From Rebecca billardiae RCC1528 (taxonomy: Eukaryota > Protista > Haptophyta): 64,000 bases of DNA. The DNA is taken from positions 2,976,001 to 3,040,000 of the forward strand of contig OZ251227.1 in NCBI GenBank assembly GCA_965240325.2, read 5' to 3'. The position numbers were made by a program, and so were the translations under genes. Positions within the stretch are counted from its first letter, which is position 1, and every line of letters starts with the position of its first letter. Of this stretch, positions 34,101 through 49,100 are shown piece by piece. The notes under the pieces are model-generated. The model did not search any database. It was not told the DNA's origin and saw nothing but the letters and a program-made list of their open reading frames with translations.

Positions 34101-37100
34101 GGATCTCATGCCGCTCGCCCGTCGGGCTGCTGCGCCGCAACACGAGCGCTCAGCGCGAGCCCGCGCCGCGCACGGATGCCCCCAGGCCCAGCGCGAGTGC
34201 GCACGCCGCCCAAACGCGACTCCGACCACCTCGCGCCGCGATGAGAGCCGAGCGCGCCGCCCGGAGGGAACTCCGGAGGGAACTCCGGAGGGAACTCCGG
34301 AGGGAAGTGCGCCCGAAACGAGCCTCGGAGGGATCTCATGCCGCTCGCCCGTCGGGCTGCTGCGCCGCAACACGAGCGCGGAGCGCGAGCCCGCGCCGCA
34401 CACGGATGCCCCCAGGCCCAGCGCGAGTGCGCACGCCGCCCAAACGCGACTCCGACCACCTCGCGCCGCGATGAGAGCCGAGCGCGCCGCCCGGAGGGAA
34501 CTCCGGAGGGAACTCCGGAGGGAAGTGCGCCCGAAACGAGCCTCGGAGGGATCTCATGCCGCTCGCCCGTCGGGCTGCTGCGCCGCAACACGAGCGCTCA
34601 GCGCGAGCCCGCGCCGCGCACGGATGCCCCCAGGCCCAGCGCGAGTGCGCACGCCGCCCAAACGCGACTCCGGCCACCTCGCGCCGCGATGAGAGCCGAG
34701 CGCGCCGCCCGGAGGGAACTCCGGAGGGAACTCCGGAGGGAAGTGCGCCCGAAACGAGCCTCGGAGGGATCTCATGCCGCTCGCCCGTCGGGCTGCTGCG
34801 CCGCAACACGAGCGCTCAGCGCGAGCCCGCGCCGCGCACGGATGCCCCCAGGCCCAGCGCGAGTGCGCACGCCGCCCAAACGCGACTCCGACCACCTCGC
34901 GCCGCGATGAGAGCCGAGCGCGCCGCCCGGAGGGAACTCCGGAGGGAACTCCGGAGGGAAGTGCGCCCGAAACGAGCCTCGGAGGGATCTCATGCCGCTC
35001 GCCCGTCGGGCTGCTGCGCCGCAACACGAGCGCTCAGCGCGAGCCCGCGCCGCGCACGGATGCCCCCAGGCCCAGCGCGAGTGCGCACGCCGCCCAAACG
35101 CGACTCCGACCACCTCGCGCCGCGATGAGAGCCGAGCGCGCCGCCCGGAGGGAACTCCGGAGGGAACTCCGGAGGGAAGTGCGCCCGAAACGAGCCTCGG
35201 AGGGATCTCATGCCGCTCGCCCGTCGGGCTGCTGCGCCGCAACACGAGCGCGGAGCGCGAGCCCGCGCCGCACACGGATGCCCCCAGGCCCAGCGCGAGT
35301 GCGCACGCCGCCCAAACGCGACTCCGACCACCTCGCGCCGCGATGAGAGCCGAGCGCGCCGCCCGGAGGGAACTCCGGAGGGAACTCCGGAGGGAAGTGC
35401 GCCCGAAACGAGCCTCGGAGGGATCTCATGCCGCTCGCCCGTCGGGCTGCTGCGCCGCAACACGAGCGCGGAGCGCGAGCCCGCGCCGCACACGGATGCC
35501 CCCAGGCCCAGCGCGAGTGCGCACGCCGCCCAAACGCGACTCCGACCACCTCGCGCCGCGATGAGAGCCGAGCGCGCCGCCCGGAGGGAACTCCGGAGGG
35601 AACTCCGGAGGGAAGTGCGCCCGAAACGAGCCTCGGAGGGATCTCATGCCGCTCGCCCGTCGGGCTGCTGCGCCGCAACACGAGCGCGGAGCGCGAGCCC
35701 GCGCCGCACACGGATGCCCCCAGGCCCAGCGCGAGTGCGCACGCCGCCCAAACGCGACTCCGACCACCTCGCGCCGCGATGAGAGCCGAGCGCGCCGCCC
35801 GGAGGGAACTCCGGAGGGAACTCCGGAGGGAAGTGCGCCCGAAACGAGCCTCGGAGGGATCTCATGCCGATCGCCCGTCGGGCTGCTGCGCCGCAACACG
35901 AGCGCTCAGCGCGAGCCCGCGCCGCACACGGATGCCCCCAGGCCCAGCGCGAGTGCGCACGCTGCCCAAACGCGACTCCGACCACCTCGCGCCGCGATGA
36001 GAGCCGAGCGCGCCGCCCGAAGGGAACTCCGGAGGGAACTCCGGAGGGAAGTGCGCCCGAAACGAGCCTCGGAGGGATCTCATGCCGCTCGCCCGTCGGG
36101 CTGCTGCGCCGCAACACGAGCGCTCAGCGCGAGCCCGCGCCGCGCACGGATGCCCCCAGGCCCAGCGCGAGTGCGCACGCCGCCCAAACGCGACTCCGAC
36201 CACCTCGCGCCGCGATGAGAGCCGAGCGCGCCGCCCGGAGGGAACTCCGGAGGGAACTCCGGAGGGAAGTGCGCCCGAAACGAGCCTCGGAGGGATCTCA
36301 TGCCGCTCGCCCGTCGGGCTGCTGCGCCGCAACACGAGCGCTCAGCGCGAGCCCGCGCCGCGCACGGATGCCCCCAGGCCCAGCGCGAGTGCGCACGCCG
36401 CCCAAACGCGACTCCGACCACCTCGCGCCGCGATGAGAGCCGAGCGCGCCGCCCGGAGGGAACTCCGGAGGGAACTCCGGAGGGAACTCCGGAGGGAAGT
36501 GCGCCCGAAACGAGCCTCGGAGGGATCTCATGCCGCTCGCCCGTCGGGCTGCTGCGCCGCAACACGAGCGCGGAGCGCGAGCCCGCGCCGCACACGGATG
36601 CCCCCAGGCCCAGCGCGAGTGCGCACGCCGCCCAAACGCGACTCCGACCACCTCGCGCCGCGATGAGAGCCGAGCGCGCCGCCCGGAGGGAACTCCGGAG
36701 GGAACTCCGGAGGGAAGTGCGCCCGAAACGAGCCTCGGAGGGATCTCATGCCGCTCGCCCGTCGGGCTGCTGCGCCGCAACACGAGCGCGGAGCGCGAGC
36801 CCGCGCCGCACACGGATGCCCCCAGGCCCAGCGCGAGTGCGCACGCCGCCCAAACGCGACTCCGACCACCTCGCGCCGCGATGAGAGCCGAGCGCGCCGC
36901 CCGGAGGGAACTCCGGAGGGAACTCCGGAGGGAACTCCGGAGGGAAGTGCGCCCGAAACGAGCCTCGGAGGGATCTCATGCCGCTCGCCCGTCGGGCTGC
37001 TGCGCCGCAACACGAGCGCGGAGCGCGAGCCCGCGCCGCACACGGATGCCCCCAGGCCCAGCGCGAGTGCGCACGCCGCCCAAACGCGACTCCGACCACC

Positions 37101-40100
37101 TCGCGCCGCGATGAGAGCCGAGCGCGCCGCCCGGAGGGAACTCCGGAGGGAACTCCGGAGGGAACTCCGGAGGGAAGTGCGCCCGAAACGAGCCTCGGAG
37201 GGATCTCATGCCGCTCGCCCGTCGGGCTGCTGCGCCGCAACACGAGCGCGGAGCGCGAGCCCGCGCCGCACACGGATGCCCCCAGGCCCAGCGCGAGTGC
37301 GCACGCCGCCCAAACGCGACTCCGACCACCTCGCGCCGCGATGAGAGCCGAGCGCGCCGCCCGGAGGGAACTCCGGAGGGAACTCCGGAGGGAAGTGCGC
37401 CCGAAACGAGCCTCGGAGGGATCTCATGCCGCTCGCCCGTCGGGCTGCTGCGCCGCAACACGAGCGCTCAGCGCGAGCCCGCGCCGCGCACGGATGCCCC
37501 CAGGCCCAGCGCGAGTGCGCACGCCGCCCAAACGCGACTCCGACCACCTCGCGCCGCGATGAGAGCCGAGCGCGCCGCCCGGAGGGAACTCCGGAGGGAA
37601 CTCCGGAGGGAAGTGCGCCCGAAACGAGCCTCGGAGGGATCTCATGCCGCTCGCCCGTCGGGCTGCTGCGCCGCAACACGAGCGCTCAGCGCGAGTCCGC
37701 GCCGCGCACGGATGCCCCCAGGCCCAGCGCGAGTGCGCACGCCGCCCAAACGCGACTCCGACCACCTCGCGCCGCGATGAGAGCCGAGCGCGCCGCCCGG
37801 AGGGAACTCCGGAGGGAACTCCGGAGGGAAGTGCGCCCGAAACGAGCCTCGGAGGGATCTCATGCCGCTCGCCCGTCGGGCTGCTGCGCCGCAACACGAG
37901 CGCTCAGCGCGAGCCCGCGCCGCGCACGGATGCCCCCAGGCCCAGCGCGAGTGCGCACGCCGCCCAAACGCGACTCCGACCACCTCGCGCCGCGATGAGA
38001 GCCGAGCGCGCCGCCCGGAGGGAACTCCGGAGGGAACTCCGGAGGGAAGTGCGCCCGAAACGAGCCTCGGAGGGATCTCATGCCGCTCGCCCGTCGGGCT
38101 GCTGCGCCGCAACACGAGCGCTCAGCGCGAGCCCGCGCCGCGCACGGATGCCCCCAGGCCCAGCGCGAGTGCGCACGCCGCCCAAACGCGACTCCGACCA
38201 CCTCGCGCCGCGATGAGAGCCGAGCGCGCCGCCCGGAGGGAACTCCGGAGGGAACTCCGGAGGGAAGTGCGCCCGAAACGAGCCTCGGAGGGATCTCATG
38301 CCGCTCGCCCGTCGGGCTGCTGCGCCGCAACACGAGCGCGGAGCGCGAGCCCGCGCCGCACACGGATGCCCCCAGGCCCAGCGCGAGTGCGCACGCCGCC
38401 CAAACGCGACTCCGACCACCTCGCGCCGCGATGAGAGCCGAGCGCGCCGCCCGGAGGGAACTCCGGAGGGAACTCCGGAGGGAAGTGCGCCCGAAACGAG
38501 CCTCGGAGGGATCTCATGCCGCTCGCCCGTCGGGCTGCTGCGCCGCAACACGAGCGCGGAGCGCGAGCCCGCGCCGCACACGGATGCCCCCAGGCCCAGC
38601 GCGAGTGCGCACGCCGCCCAAACGCGACTCCGACCACCTCGCGCCGCGATGAGAGCCGAGCGCGCCGCCCGGAGGGAACTCCGGAGGGAACTCCGGAGGG
38701 AAGTGCGCCCGAAACGAGCCTCGGAGGGATCTCATGCCGCTCGCCCGTCGGGCTGCTGCGCCGCAACACGAGCGCTCAGCGCGAGCCCGCGCCGCGCACG
38801 GATGCCCCCAGGCCCAGCGCGAGTGCGCACGCCGCCCAAACGCGACTCCGACCACCTCGCGCCGCGATGAGAGCCGAGCGCGCCGCCCGGAGGGAACTCC
38901 GGAGGGAACTCCGGAGGGAACTCCGGAGGGAAGTGCGCCCGAAACGAGCCTCGGAGGGATCTCATGCCGCTCGCCCGTCGGGCTGCTGCGCCGCAACACG
39001 AGCGCTCAGCGCGAGCCCGCGCCGCGCACGGATGCCCCCAGGCCCAGCGCGAGTGCGCACGCCGCCCAAACGCGACTCCGACCACCTCGCGCCGCGATGA
39101 GAGCCGAGCGCGCCGCCCGGAGGGAACTCCGGAGGGAACTCCGGAGGGAAGTGCGCCCGAAACGAGCCTCGGAGGGATCTCATGCCGCTCGCCCGTCGGG
39201 CTGCTGCGCCGCAACACGAGCGCTCAGCGCGAGCCCGCGCCGCACACGGATGCCCCCAGGCCCAGCGCGAGTGCGCACGCCGCCCAAACGCGACTCCGAC
39301 CACCTCGCGCCGCGATGAGAGCCGAGCGCGCCGCCCGGAGGGAACTCCGGAGGGAACTCCGGAGGGAAGTGCGCCCGAAACGAGCCTCGGAGGGATCTCA
39401 TGCCGCTCGCCCGTCGGGCTGCTGCGCCGCAACACGAGCGCTCAGCGCGAGCCCGCGCCGCACACGGATGCCCCCAGGCCCAGCGCGAGTGCGCACGCCG
39501 CCCAAACGCGACTCCGACCACCTCGCGCCGCGATGAGAGCCGAGCGCGCCGCCCGAAGGGAACTCCGGAGGGAACTCCGGAGGGAAGTGCGCCCGAAACG
39601 AGCCTCGGAGGGATCTCATGCCGCTCGCCCGTCGGGCTGCTGCGCCGCAACACGAGCGCTCAGCGCGAGCCCGCGCCGCACACGGATGCCCCCAGGCCCA
39701 GCGCGAGTGCGCACGCCGCCCAAACGCGACTCCGACCACCTCGCGCCGCGATGAGAGCCGAGCACGCCGCCCGAAGGGAACTCCGGAGGGAACTCCGGAG
39801 GGAAGTGCGCCCGAAACGAGCCTCGGAGGGATCTCATGCCGCTCGCCCGTCGGGCTGCTGCGCCGCAACACGAGCGCGAAGCGCGAGCCCGCGCCGCGCA
39901 CGGATGCCCCCAGGCCCAGCGCGAGTGCGCACGCCGCCCAAACGCGACTCCGACCACCTCGCGCCGCGATGAGAGCCGAGCGCGCCGCCCGGAGGGAACT
40001 CCGGAGGGAACTCCGGAGGGAAGTGCGCCCGAAACGAGCCTCGGAGGGATCTCATGCCGCTCGCCCGTCGGGCTGCTGCGCCGCAACACGAGCGCTCAGC

Positions 40101-43100
40101 GCGAGCCCGCGCCGCGCACGGATGCCCCCAGGCCCAGCGCGAGTGCGCACGCCGCCCAAACGCGACTCCGACCACCTCGCGCCGCGATGAGAGCCGAGCG
40201 CGCCGCCCGGAGGGAACTCCGGAGGGAACTCCGGAGGGAAGTGCGCCCGAAACGAGCCTCGGAGGGATCTCATGCCGCTCGCCCGTCGGGCTGCTGCGCC
40301 GCAACACGAGCGCTCAGCGCGAGCCCGCGCCGCACACGGATGCCCCCAGGCCCAGCGCGAGTGCGCACGCCGCCCAAACGCGACTCCGACCACCTCGCGC
40401 CGCGATGAGAGCCGAGCGCGCCGCCCGGAGGGAACTCCGGAGGGAACTCCGGAGGGAAGTGCGCCCGAAACGAGCCTCGGAGGGATCTCATGCCGCTCGC
40501 CCGTCGGGCTGCTGCGCCGCAACACGAGCGCTCAGCGCGAGCCCGCGCCGCACACGGATGCCCCCAGGCCCAGCGCGAGTGCGCACGCCACCCAAACGCG
40601 ACTCCGACCACCTCGCGCCGCGATGAGAGCCGAGCGCGCCGCCCGGAGGGAACTCCGGAGGGAACTCCGGAGGGAAGTGCGCCCGAAACGAGCCTCGGAG
40701 GGATCTCATGCCGATCGCCCGTCGGGCTGCTGCGCCGCAACACGAGCGCTCAGCGCGAGCCCGCGCCGCACACGGATGCCCCCAGGCCCAGCGCGAGTGC
40801 GCACGCCGCCCAAACGCGACTCCGACCACCTCGCGCCGCGATGAGAGCCGAGCGCGCCGCCCGGAGGGAACTCCGGAGGGAACTCCGGAGGGAAGTGCGC
40901 CCGAAACGAGCCTCGGAGGGATCTCATGCCGCTCGCCCGTCGGGCTGCTGCGCCGCAACACGAGCGCGGAGCGCGAGCCCGCGCCGCACACGGATGCCCC
41001 CAGGCCCAGCGCGAGTGCGCACGCCGCCCAAACGCGACTCCGACCACCTCGCGCCGCGATGAGAGCCGAGCGCGCCGCCCGGAGGGAACTCCGGAGGGAA
41101 CTCCGGAGGGAACTCCGGAGGGAAGTGCGCCCGAAACGAGCCTCGGAGGGATCTCATGCCGCTCGCCCGTCGGGCTGCTGCGCCGCAACACGAGCGCGGA
41201 GCGCGAGCCCGCGCCGCACACGGATGCCCCCAGGCCCAGCGCGAGTGCGCACGCCGCCCAAACGCGACTCCGACCACCTCGCGCCGCGATGAGAGCCGAG
41301 CGCGCCGCCCGGAGGGAACTCCGGAGGGAACTCCGGAGGGAAGTGCGCCCGAAACGAGCCTCGGAGGGATCTCATGCCGCTCGCCCGTCGGGCTGCTGCG
41401 CCGCAACACGAGCGCGGAGCGCGAGCCCGCGCCGCACACGGATGCCCCCAGGCCCAGCGCGAGTGCGCACGCCGCCCAAACGCGAATCCGACCACCTCGC
41501 GCCGCGATGAGAGCCGAGCGCGCCGCCCGGAGGGAACTCCGGAGGGAACTCCGGAGGGAAGTGCGCCCGAAACGAGCCTCGGAGGGATCTCATGCCGCTC
41601 GCCCGTCGGGCTGCTGCGCCGCAACACGAGCGCGGAGCGCGAGCCCGCGCCGCACACGGATGCCCCCAGGCCCAGCGCGAGTGCGCACGCCGCCCAAACG
41701 CGACTCCGACCACCTCGCGCCGCGATGAGAGCCGAGCGCGCCGCCCGGAGGGAACTCCGGAGGGAACTCCGGAGGGAACTCCGGAGGGAAGTGCGCCCGA
41801 AACGAGCCTCGGAGGGATCTCATGCCGCTCGCCCGTCGGGCTGCTGCGCCGCAACACGAGCGCGGAGCGCGAGCCCGCGCCGCACACGGATGCCCCCAGG
41901 CCCAGCGCGAGTCCGCACGCCGCCCAAACGCGACTCCGACCACCTCGCGCCGCGATGAGAGCCGAGCGCGCCGCCCGGAGGGAACTCCGGAGGGAACTCC
42001 GGAGGGAACTCCGGAGGGAAGTGCGCCCGAAACGAGCCTCGGAGGGATCTCATGCCGCTCGCCCGTCGGGCTGCTGCGCCGCAACACGAGCGCGGAGCGC
42101 GAGCCCGTGCCGCACACGGATGCCCCCAGGCCCAGCGCGAGTGCGCACGCCGCCCAAACGCGAATCCGACCACCTCGCGCCGCGATGAGAGCCGAGCGCG
42201 CCGCCCGGAGGGAACTCCGGAGGGAACTCCGGAGGGAAGTGCGCCCGAAACGAGCCTCGGAGGGATCTCATGCCGCTCGCCCGTCGGGCTGCTGCGCCGC
42301 AACACGAGCACGGAGCGCGAGCCCGCGCCGCGCACGGATGCCCCCAGGCCCAGCGCGAGTGCGCACGCCGCCCAAACGCGACTCCGACCACCTCGCGCCG
42401 CGATGAGAGCCGAGCGCGCCGCCCGGAGGGAACTCCGGAGGGAACTCCGGAGGGAAGTGCGCCCGAAACGAGCCTCGGAGGGATCTCATGCCGCTCGCCC
42501 GTCGGGCTGCTGCGCCGCAACACGAGCGCGGAGCGCGAGCCCGCGCCGCACACGGATGCCCCCAGGCCCAGCGCGAGTGCGCACGCCGCCCAAACGCGAC
42601 TCCGACCACCTCGCGCCGCGATGAGAGCCGAGCGCGCCGCCCGGAGGGAACTCCGGAGGGAACTCCGGAGGGAAGTGCGCCCGAAACGAGCCTCGGAGGG
42701 ATCTCATGCCGCTCGCCCGTCGGGCTGCTGCGCCGCAACACGAGCGCGGAGCGCGAGCCCGCGCCGCACACGGATGCCCCCAGGCCCAGCGCGAGTGCGC
42801 ACGCCGCCCAAACGCGACTCCGACCACCTCGCGCCGCGATGAGAGCCGAGCGCGCCGCCCGGAGGGAACTCCGGAGGGAACTCCGGAGGGAACTCCGGAG
42901 GGAAGTGCGCCCGAAACGAGCCTCGGAGGGATCTCATGCCGCTCGCCCGTCGGGCTGCTGCGCCGCAACACGAGCGCGGAGCGCGAGCCCGCGCCGCACA
43001 CGGATGCCCCCAGGCCCAGCGCGAGTGCGCACGCCGCCCAAACGCGACTCCGACCACCTCGCGCCGCGATGAGAGCCGAGCGCGCCGCCCGGAGGGAACT

Positions 43101-46100
43101 CCGGAGGGAACTCCGGAGGGAACCCCGGAGGGAAGTGCGCCCGAAACGAGCCTCGGAGGGATCTCATGCCGCTCGCCCGTCGGGCTGCTGCGCCGCAACA
43201 CGAGCGCGGAGCGCGAGCCCGTGCCGCACACGGATGCCCCCAGGCCCAGCGCGAGTGCGCACGCCGCCCAAACGCGAATCCGACCACCTCGCGCCGCGAT
43301 GAGAGCCGAGCGCGCCGCCCGGAGGGAACTCCGGAGGGAACTCCGGAGGGAAGTGCGCCCGAAACGAGCCTCGGAGGGATCTCATGCCGCTCGCCCGTCG
43401 GGCTGCTGCGCCGCAACACGAGCACGGAGCGCGAGCCCGCGCCGCGCACGGATGCCCCCAGGCCCAGCGCGAGTGCGCACGCCGCCCAAACGCGACTCCG
43501 ACCACCTCGCGCCGCGATGAGAGCCGAGCGCGCCGCCCGGAGGGAACTCCGGAGGGAACTCCGGAGGGAACTCCGGAGGGAAGTGCGCCCGAAACGAGCC
43601 TCGGAGGGATCTCATGCCGCTCGCCCGTCGGGCTGCTGCGCCGCAACACGAGCGCGGAGCGCGAGCCCGCGCCGCACACGGTTGCCCCCAGGCCCAGCGC
43701 GAGTGCGCACGCCGCCCAAACGCGAATCCGACCACCTCGCGCCGCGATGAGAGCCGAGCGCGCCGCCCGGAGGGAACTCCGGAGGGAACTCCGGAGGGAA
43801 GTGCGCCCGAAACGAGCCTCGGAGGGATCTCATGCCGCTCGCCCGTCGGGCTGCTGCGCCGCAACACGAGCGCGGAGCGCGAGCCCGCGCCGCACGCGGA
43901 TGCCCCCAGGCCCAGCGCGAGTGCGCACGCCGCCCAAACGCGAATCCGACCACCTCGCGCCGCGATGAGAGCCGAGCGCGCCGCCCGGAGGGAACTCCGG
44001 AGGGAACTCCGGAGGGAACTCCGGAGGGAAGTGCGCCCGAAACGAGCCTCGGAGGGATCTCATGCCGCTCGCCCGTCGGGCTGCTGCGCCGCAACACGAG
44101 CGCGGAGCGCGAGCCCGCGCCGCGCACGGATGCCCCCAGGCCCAGCGCGAGTGCGCACGCCGCCCAAACGCGACTCCGACCACCTCGCGCCGCGATGAGA
44201 GCCGAGCGCGCCGCCCGGAGGGAACTCCGGAGGGAACTCCGGAGGGAACTCCGGAGGGAAGTGCGCCCGAAACGAGCCTCGGAGGGATCTCATGCCGCTC
44301 GCCCGTCGGGCTGCTGCGCCGCAACACGAGCGCGGAGCGCGAGCCCGCGCCGCACACGGTTGCCCCCAGGCCCAGCGCGAGTGCGCACGCCGCCCAAACG
44401 CGAATCCGACCACCTCGCGCCGCGATGAGAGCCGAGCGCGCCGCCCGGAGGGAACTCCGGAGGGAACTCCGGAGGGAAGTGCGCCCGAAACGAGCCTCGG
44501 AGGGATCTCATGCCGCTCGCCCGTCGGGCTGCTGCGCCGCAACACGAGCGCGGAGCGCGAGCCCGCGCCGCACACGGATGCCCCCAGGCCCAGCGCGAGT
44601 GCGCACGCCGCCCAAACGCGACTCCGACCACCTCGCGCCGCGATGAGAGCCGAGCGCGCCGCCCGGAGGGAACTCCGGAGGGAACTCCGGAGGGAACTCC
44701 GGAGGGAAGTGCGCCCGAAACGAGCCTCGGAGGGATCTCATGCCGCTCGCCCGTCGGGCTGCTGCGCCGCAACACGAGCGCGGGGCGCGAGCCCGCGCCG
44801 CACACGGTTGCCCCCAGGCCCAGCGCGAGTGCGCACGCCGCCCAAACGCGACTCCGACCACCTCGCGCCGCGATGAGAGCCGAGCGCGCCGCCCGGAGGG
44901 AACTCCGGAGGGAACTCCGGAGGGAAGTGCGCCCGAAACGAGCCTCGGAGGGATCTCATGCCGCTCGCCCGTCGGGCTGCTGCGCCGCAACACGAGCGCG
45001 GAGCGCGAGCCCGCGCCGCACGCGGATGCCCCCAGGCCCAGCGCGAGTGCGCACGCCGCCCAAACGCGAATCCGACCACCTCGCGCCGCGATGAGAGCCG
45101 AGCGCGCCGCCCGGAGGGAACTCCGGAGGGAACTCCGGAGGGAACTCCGGAGGGAAGTGCGCCCGAAACGAGCCTCGGAGGGATCTCATGCCGCTCGCCC
45201 GTCGGGCTGCTGCGCCGCAACACGAGCGCGGAGCGCGAGCCCGCGCCGCACACGGATGCCCCCTGGCCCAGCGCGAGTGCGCACGCCGCCCAAACGCGAC
45301 TCCGACCACCTCGCGCCGCGATGAGAGCCGAGCGCGCCGCCCGGAGGGAACTCCGGAGGGAACTCCGGAGGGAAGTGCGCCCGAAACGAGCCTCGGAGGG
45401 ATCTCATGCCGCTCGCCCGTCGGGCTGCTGCGCCGCAACACGAGCGCGGAGCGCGAGCCCGCGCCGCACACGGATGCCCCCAGGCCCAGCGCGAGTGCGC
45501 ACGCCGCCCAAACGCGACTCCGACCACCTCGCGCCGCGATGAGAGCCGAGCGCGCCGCCCGGAGGGAACTCCGGAGGGAACTCCGGAGGGAAGTGCGCCC
45601 GAAACGAGCCTCGGAGGGATCTCATGCCGCTCGCCCGTCGGGCTGCTGCGCCGCAACACGAGCGCGAAGCGCGAGCCCGCGCCGCGCACGGATGCCCCCA
45701 GGCCCAGCGCGAGTGCGCACGCCGCCCAAACGCGACTCCGACCACCTCGCGCCGCGATGAGAGCCGAGCGCGCCGCCCGGAGGGAACTCCGGAGGGAACT
45801 CCGGAGGGAAGTGCGCCCGAAACGAGCCTCGGAGGGATCTCATGCCGCTCGCCCGTCGGGCTGCTGCGCCGCAACACGAGCGCGGAGCGCGAGCCCGCGC
45901 CGCGCACGGATGCCCCCAGGCCCAGCGCGAGTGCGCACGCCGCCCAAACGCGACTCCGACCACCTCGCGCCGCGATGAGAGCCGAGCGCGCCGCCCGGAG
46001 GGAACTCCGGAGGGAACTCCGGAGGGAAGTGCGCCCGAAACGAGCCTCGGAGGGATCTCATGCCGCTCGCCCGTCGGGCTGCTGCGCCGCAACACGAGCG

Positions 46101-49100
46101 CGGAGCGCGAGCCCGCGCCGCGCACGGATGCCCCCAGGCCCAGCGCGAGTGCGCACGCCGCCCAAACGCGACTCCGACCACCTCGCGCCGCGATGAGAGC
46201 CGAGCGCGCCGCCCGGAGGGAACTCCGGAGGGAACTCCGGAGGGAAGTGCGCCCGAAACGAGCCTCGGAGGGATCTCATGCCGCTCGCCCGTCGGGCTGC
46301 TGCGCCGCAACACGAGCGCGGAGCGCGAGCCCGCGCCGCGCACGGATGCCCCCAGGCCCAGCGCGAGTGCGCACGCCGCCCAAACGCGACTCCGACCACC
46401 TCGCGCCGCGATGAGAGCCGAGCGCGCCGCCCGGAGGGAACTCCGGAGGGAACTCCGGAGGGAAGTGCGCCCGAAACGAGCCTCGGAGGGATCTCATGCC
46501 GCTCGCCCGTCGGGCTGCTGCGCCGCAACACGAGCGCGGAGCGCGAGCCCGCGCCGCACACGGATGCCCCCAGGCCCAGCGCGAGTGCGCACGCCGCCCA
46601 AACGCGACTCCGACCACCTCGCGCCGCGATGAGAGCCGAGCGCGCCGCCCGGAGGGAACTCCGGAGGGAACTCCGGAGGGAACTCCGGAGGGAAGTGCGC
46701 CCGAAACGAGCCTCGGAGGGATCTCATGCCGCTCGCCCGTCGGGCTGCTGCGCCGCAACACGAGCGCGGGGCGCGAGCCCGCGCCGCACACGGTTGCCCC
46801 CAGGCCCAGCGCGAGTGCGCACGCCGCCCAAACGCGACTCCGACCACCTCGCGCCGCGATGAGAGCCGAGCGCGCCGCCCGGAGGGAACTCCGGAGGGAA
46901 CTCCGGAGGGAAGTGCGCCCGAAACGAGCCTCGGAGGGATCTCATGCCGCTCGCCCGTCGGGCTGCTGCGCCGCAACACGAGCGCGGAGCGCGAGCCCGC
47001 GCCGCACGCGGATGCCCCCAGGCCCAGCGCGAGTGCGCACGCCGCCCAAACGCGAATCCGACCACCTCGCGCCGCGATGAGAGCCGAGCGCGCCGCCCGG
47101 AGGGAACTCCGGAGGGAACTCCGGAGGGAACTCCGGAGGGAAGTGCGCCCGAAACGAGCCTCGGAGGGATCTCATGCCGCTCGCCCGTCGGGCTGCTGCG
47201 CCGCAACACGAGCGCGGAGCGCGAGCCCGCGCCGCACACGGATGCCCCCAGGCCCAGCGCGAGTGCGCACGCCGCCCAAACGCGACTCCGACCACCTCGC
47301 GCCGCGATGAGAGCCGAGCGCGCCGCCCGGAGGGAACTCCGGAGGGAACTCCGGAGGGAAGTGCGCCCGAAACGAGCCTCGGAGGGATCTCATGCCGCTC
47401 GCCCGTCGGGCTGCTGCGCCGCAACACGAGCGCGGAGCGCGAGCCCGCGCCGCACACGGATGCCCCCAGGCCCAGCGCGAGTGCGCACGCCGCCCAAACG
47501 CGACTCCGACCACCTCGCGCCGCGATGAGAGCCGAGCGCGCCGCCCGGAGGGAACTCCGGAGGGAACTCCGGAGGGAAGTGCGCCCGAAACGAGCCTCGG
47601 AGGGATCTCATGCCGCTCGCCCGTCGGGCTGCTGCGCCGCAACACGAGCGCGAAGCGCGAGCCCGCGCCGCGCACGGATGCCCCCAGGCCCAGCGCGAGT
47701 GCGCACGCCGCCCAAACGCGACTCCGACCACCTCGCGCCGCGATGAGAGCCGAGCGCGCCGCCCGGAGGGAACTCCGGAGGGAACTCCGGAGGGAAGTGC
47801 GCCCGAAACGAGCCTCGGAGGGATCTCATGCCGCTCGCCCGTCGGGCTGCTGCGCCGCAACACGAGCGCGGAGCGCGAGCCCGCGCCGCGCACGGATGCC
47901 CCCAGGCCCAGCGCGAGTGCGCACGCCGCCCAAACGCGACTCCGACCACCTCGCGCCGCGATGAGAGCCGAGCGCGCCGCCCGGAGGGAACTCCGGAGGG
48001 AACTCCGGAGGGAAGTGCGCCCGAAACGAGCCTCGGAGGGATCTCATGCCGCTCGCCCGTCGGGCTGCTGCGCCGCAACACGAGCGCGGAGCGCGAGCCC
48101 GCGCCGCGCACGGATGCCCCCAGGCCCAGCGCGAGTGCGCACGCCGCCCAAACGCGACTCCGACCACCTCGCGCCGCGATGAGAGCCGAGCGCGCCGCCC
48201 GGAGGGAACTCCGGAGGGAACTCCGGAGGGAAGTGCGCCCGAAACGAGCCTCGGAGGGATCTCATGCCGCTCGCCCGTCGGGCTGCTGCGCCGCAACACG
48301 AGCGCGGAGCGCGAGCCCGCGCCGCACACGGATGCCCCCAGGCCCAGCGCGAGTGCGCACGCCGCCCAAACGCGAATCCGACCACCTCGCGCCGCGATGA
48401 GAGCCGAGCGCGCCGCCCGGAGGGAACTCCGGAGGGAACTCCGGAGGGAACTCCGGAGGGAAGTGCGCCCGAAACGAGCCTCGGAGGGATCTCATGCCGC
48501 TCGCCCGTCGGGCTGCTGCGCCGCAACACGAGCGCGGAGCGCGAGCCCGCGCCGCGCACGGATGCCCCCAGGCCCAGCGCGAGTGCGCACGCCCCCCAAA
48601 ACGCGACTCCGACCACCTCGCGCCGCGATGAGAGCCGAGCGCGCCGCCCGGAGGGAACTCCGGAGGGAACTCCAGAGGGAAGTGCGCCCGAAACGAGCCT
48701 CGGAGGGATCTCATGCCGCTCGCCCGTCGGGCTGCTGCGCCGCAACACGAGCGCGGAGCGCGAGCCCGCGCCACGCACGGATGCCCCCAGGCCCAGCGCG
48801 AGTGCGCACGCCGCCCAAACGCGACTCCGACCACCTCGCGCCGCGATGAGAGCCGAGCGCGCCGCCCGGAGGGAACTCCGGAGGGAACTCCGGAGGGAAG
48901 TGCGCCCGAAACGAGCCTCGGAGGGATCTCATGCCGCTCGCCCGTCGGGCTGCTGCGCCGCAACACGAGCGCGGAGCGCGAGCCCGCGCCGCACACGGTT
49001 GCCCCCAGGCCCAGCGCGAGTGCGCACGCCGCCCAAACGCGAATCCGACCACCTCGCGCCGCGATGAGAGCCGAGCGCGCCGCCCGGAGGGAACTCCGGA